A stretch of 63,570 nt of DNA, counting the filler, from Atractiella rhizophila (lineage: Eukaryota): NCBI GenBank assembly GCA_021432655.1. It is 5 parts of 5 records of this genome, joined end to end, with 100 filler letters (N's around TTAATTAATTAA, not from the genome) between each part and the next. Parts side by side here need not be neighbours in the genome. Positions count along the whole stretch, not along the records: positions 54,122 to 62,001 come from MU271828.1; positions 62,102 to 63,570 come from MU271914.1; 3 more parts are not named here. One strand, given 5' to 3'. Both the position numbers and the translations under genes were made by a program. Under the pieces are notes generated by a model. It did not search any database and had not been told where the DNA came from. It saw nothing but the letters and a program-made list of their open reading frames with translations. Position 1 is the stretch's first letter; every line of letters starts with the position of its first letter. Positions 61,210 to 63,570 of this stretch are shown here, one piece after another.

Positions 61210-62001
61210 AAAATGAAAAAAACCGGGGAAAGGAAAGCTGTGTAGTTACGAAGGTCAGCCCACAATCTCCAGTTCTTCCCTGATTAGTCGAACAATCAGG
61301 ACCTGTCAATGTTTGTCCCTTTTCAAGCTCAGCCGATGTGGTCTCTTTGTGTGACCCGAAGATGCGAGATGGAACATTTGTTGGACCTTCTTCGACCCGA
61401 AGTTGAAGCGGGAGTGTTGTTTGAGCTTTTGCTCTCTAGTCGCTCAGTAATCCCTATTGCTGAAGCTGCAAACATTCTTCTAGCAGCTGTGCCTGCTTCT
61501 AGATCATCGCAGAAGACGAAATTGCGTTTTTTGAGCTCCTTCTCGACTACATTCTTTGAGTTTCTATCCCATTGAAATATTCAAAACCTAAAGGTTGGAG
61601 GAGAGAGGAATTGAGCCGAACCAGATTCGGCGGCCTGGAGAAAGAGGGTTTTGAAGGGCCAACCAAACGCCCAACCCAAACCAATTCCATTGTCGCTCTG
61701 TGGTTCTTATGAATGGGAATTGTGCCGATCGACCCATTGAAGCCAGAAACGTGGATCATTCTTTCCGCTCGATTTCATCCTTGCATTAAGCTCCTGTCCG
61801 GTCACCTCGTACCACTTTGTAGCTATCAATTTCGGGACACAAGCTTTTGTGCATGACTCTCCGCCCACTCCGCACCATTAGCTGGGTACAAGCGTGGGAG
61901 GGACCCGAGGGGAAGACTTGGACAGGGGGTGTACAGTCAAACTACAATTGCCTACGTTTCAACCGTTAAGTTTCCTTTGTCTCCCTTGTGGCTTTCCGAA
62001 C

Positions 62002-62101
62002 NNNNNNNNNNNNNNNNNNNNNNNNNNNNNNNNNNNNNNNNNNNNTTAATTAATTAANNNNNNNNNNNNNNNNNNNNNNNNNNNNNNNNNNNNNNNNNNN
62101 N
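62002..62101. other. Artificial contig spacer
   Basis: N44-TTAATTAATTAA-N44. Confidence 0.97.
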
Positions 62102-62726
62102 AGTGGGCTAGCTGTCGGAGTGAGGACCTGGGCTGGAAGTGCGTTCACCATCCCTTCTTCATTTCTCCTATCCACTATGTGTGACTAATCTGTATCGATG
62201 TTCAACAGTGCCCACGAGTCGATATGCAGCTGTCAAAGCACTCGAAGAACAAGCCAAGCTCTCCCTCCCCTTCCATCCAGGTTCCGACCTCGAACCCAAT
62301 CCATCCAACACCAGCGCGACAGGTCCCGGAAAAGGGAAAGGAAAGCGAAAGGGGCCCGCACCCAAAAAACCCAAAGCCGTCTCAGGCTCCGTCTCAGCCG
62401 CAACAGCAACGACGTCCGCACTTCCTCTCGCAGCATCAGCAGTCGCCAGCACGCTCTACGCTCCCTCCCCGGCCGCCATGCTCCCGTACCCCAACGCTCA
62501 TTCCGCACAAGATCCCCCTTCGACTTCGACTTCGACTTTGACTTCGGCGACTACTGCCTTGCCTCCCCTTCCTGCATCGTATGTGCCCGCGCCGTTGCAG
62601 GATTCGGAAGGCGCGGATCAGGAGGGCGCTGTTCCGCTTTATTTGGGCGCGGATGGAAAACCTGTCCCCACAGCTGCACCGTATGCGCAGGGAATGGGCG
62701 TGTATGGTGCGCCGGTGTTCATGTAG
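62102..62726 (+). CDS. 3' end of an unidentified gene (low-complexity tail with basic NLS-like patch)
   Basis: GTGCGT..CAG intron (~62139-62208), then open frame with GKGKGKRKGPAPKKPK and an A/S/P-rich tail. Confidence 0.55.
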
Positions 62727-63570
62727 CTTGTAGCTTCAAATTGGGCGATGGTGTTTGGACGCTGGTGTTGGGATAGAGCGAAGTGGGAGGTTGAGGCGCG
62801 TATTCTCATATTGTGTTTATGTTTCTTAAGACTACATGATTATAATCGCTATCCGTGCAAGTAGTCGTGCTGGGAACAAACATTGGTGTTCGCGTCAGGC
62901 TTTGCATCTTGCTTCAGTACGGCTCATGAAAGAGCTGCCGTTCAAGCTTCAAGAGACAATATCACCTCTGGTATTATCATCGTTAATAATGCAGGTTCAT
63001 ATATCTCTTTCTCCTTCCACTTAATTGCAGCGAGAAACACAAATCGCATTTGCAAGCTCCGGTCTCAAGGCAAAGGACGCAAACCGAGTAACCTGAGCTC
63101 AGCTCGATACCGTGAAATCACATCATTCATGCAAAGCGACAAATGAAGTCAGCCAACCTTGGCTCGTTGCCTAATGCGTCACGTCCTGCTTCTTGGCCCT
63201 GTTTCCCTTTCACTACCACCGAAACAGCAACACGACCAATTGCAGACGAAGATCCCTTCTCGGACTTCTCTGGAGCGTATCTGCGAAAGTTCTGCTCTGC
63301 GCTGACCCCAGAATCCCCCATTGAGTCCCACCTCAGAATCAACCAACCTTTACTTAGCCATACTTAGCCCATGATGCACCGAGGTATCTGCGATGGTTGA
63401 AGTGCTGGTGGCAGGTCGATTTTCGTCCTTCGTTTCTCCGCAGATAGAGCTGGTTCCAACCAGGTGAAGTGAGAGGATCTCTTTGCGAGGGCGAACGCCA
63501 ATTGGGCTTTATTGGGCAGAGCTTGCTCAATGACCGGGAAGTGAACGAAAGGGTAATCGGCAATCGGGGG

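Overview
Eukaryotic fungal DNA: intron-rich, with short (~50-70 nt) GT-AG introns and a basidiomycete gene style, probably Pucciniomycotina (inference). The window is not one locus. Four identical 100-nt spacers (N44-TTAATTAATTAA-N44) join five separate contigs. Contig 1 (1-15846) holds a J-domain protein, a heme-less sulfite oxidase-like enzyme, a FunK1 kinase, a GT-A glycosyltransferase-like protein, a two-Myb Tay1/Teb1-like factor and a 1845-nt duplication that is probably an artefact. Contig 2 (15947-42011) holds a giant coiled-coil protein, PLC1, IME4/METTL3, ASH2/BRE2, WAPL, RPL42, an HDAC-fold amidohydrolase, NDUFA9, a small secreted protein and a kinase relic. Contig 3 (42112-54021) is accessory-like: four members of an F-box/LRR-like family with an unrecognised N-terminal domain, a 4.3-kb tandem unit and decayed gene fragments. 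Contig 4 (54122-62001) holds Yippee, RPN11 plus a partial second copy, a secreted protein, RPL29 and PKR1. Contig 5 holds a partial gene. The best novelty candidates are the contig-3 F-box family with its co-duplicated gene fragments and a composite motif shared by the two ribosomal protein promoters. I found no CRISPR array, rRNA, tRNA or intact transposon. Exon boundaries were read by eye.
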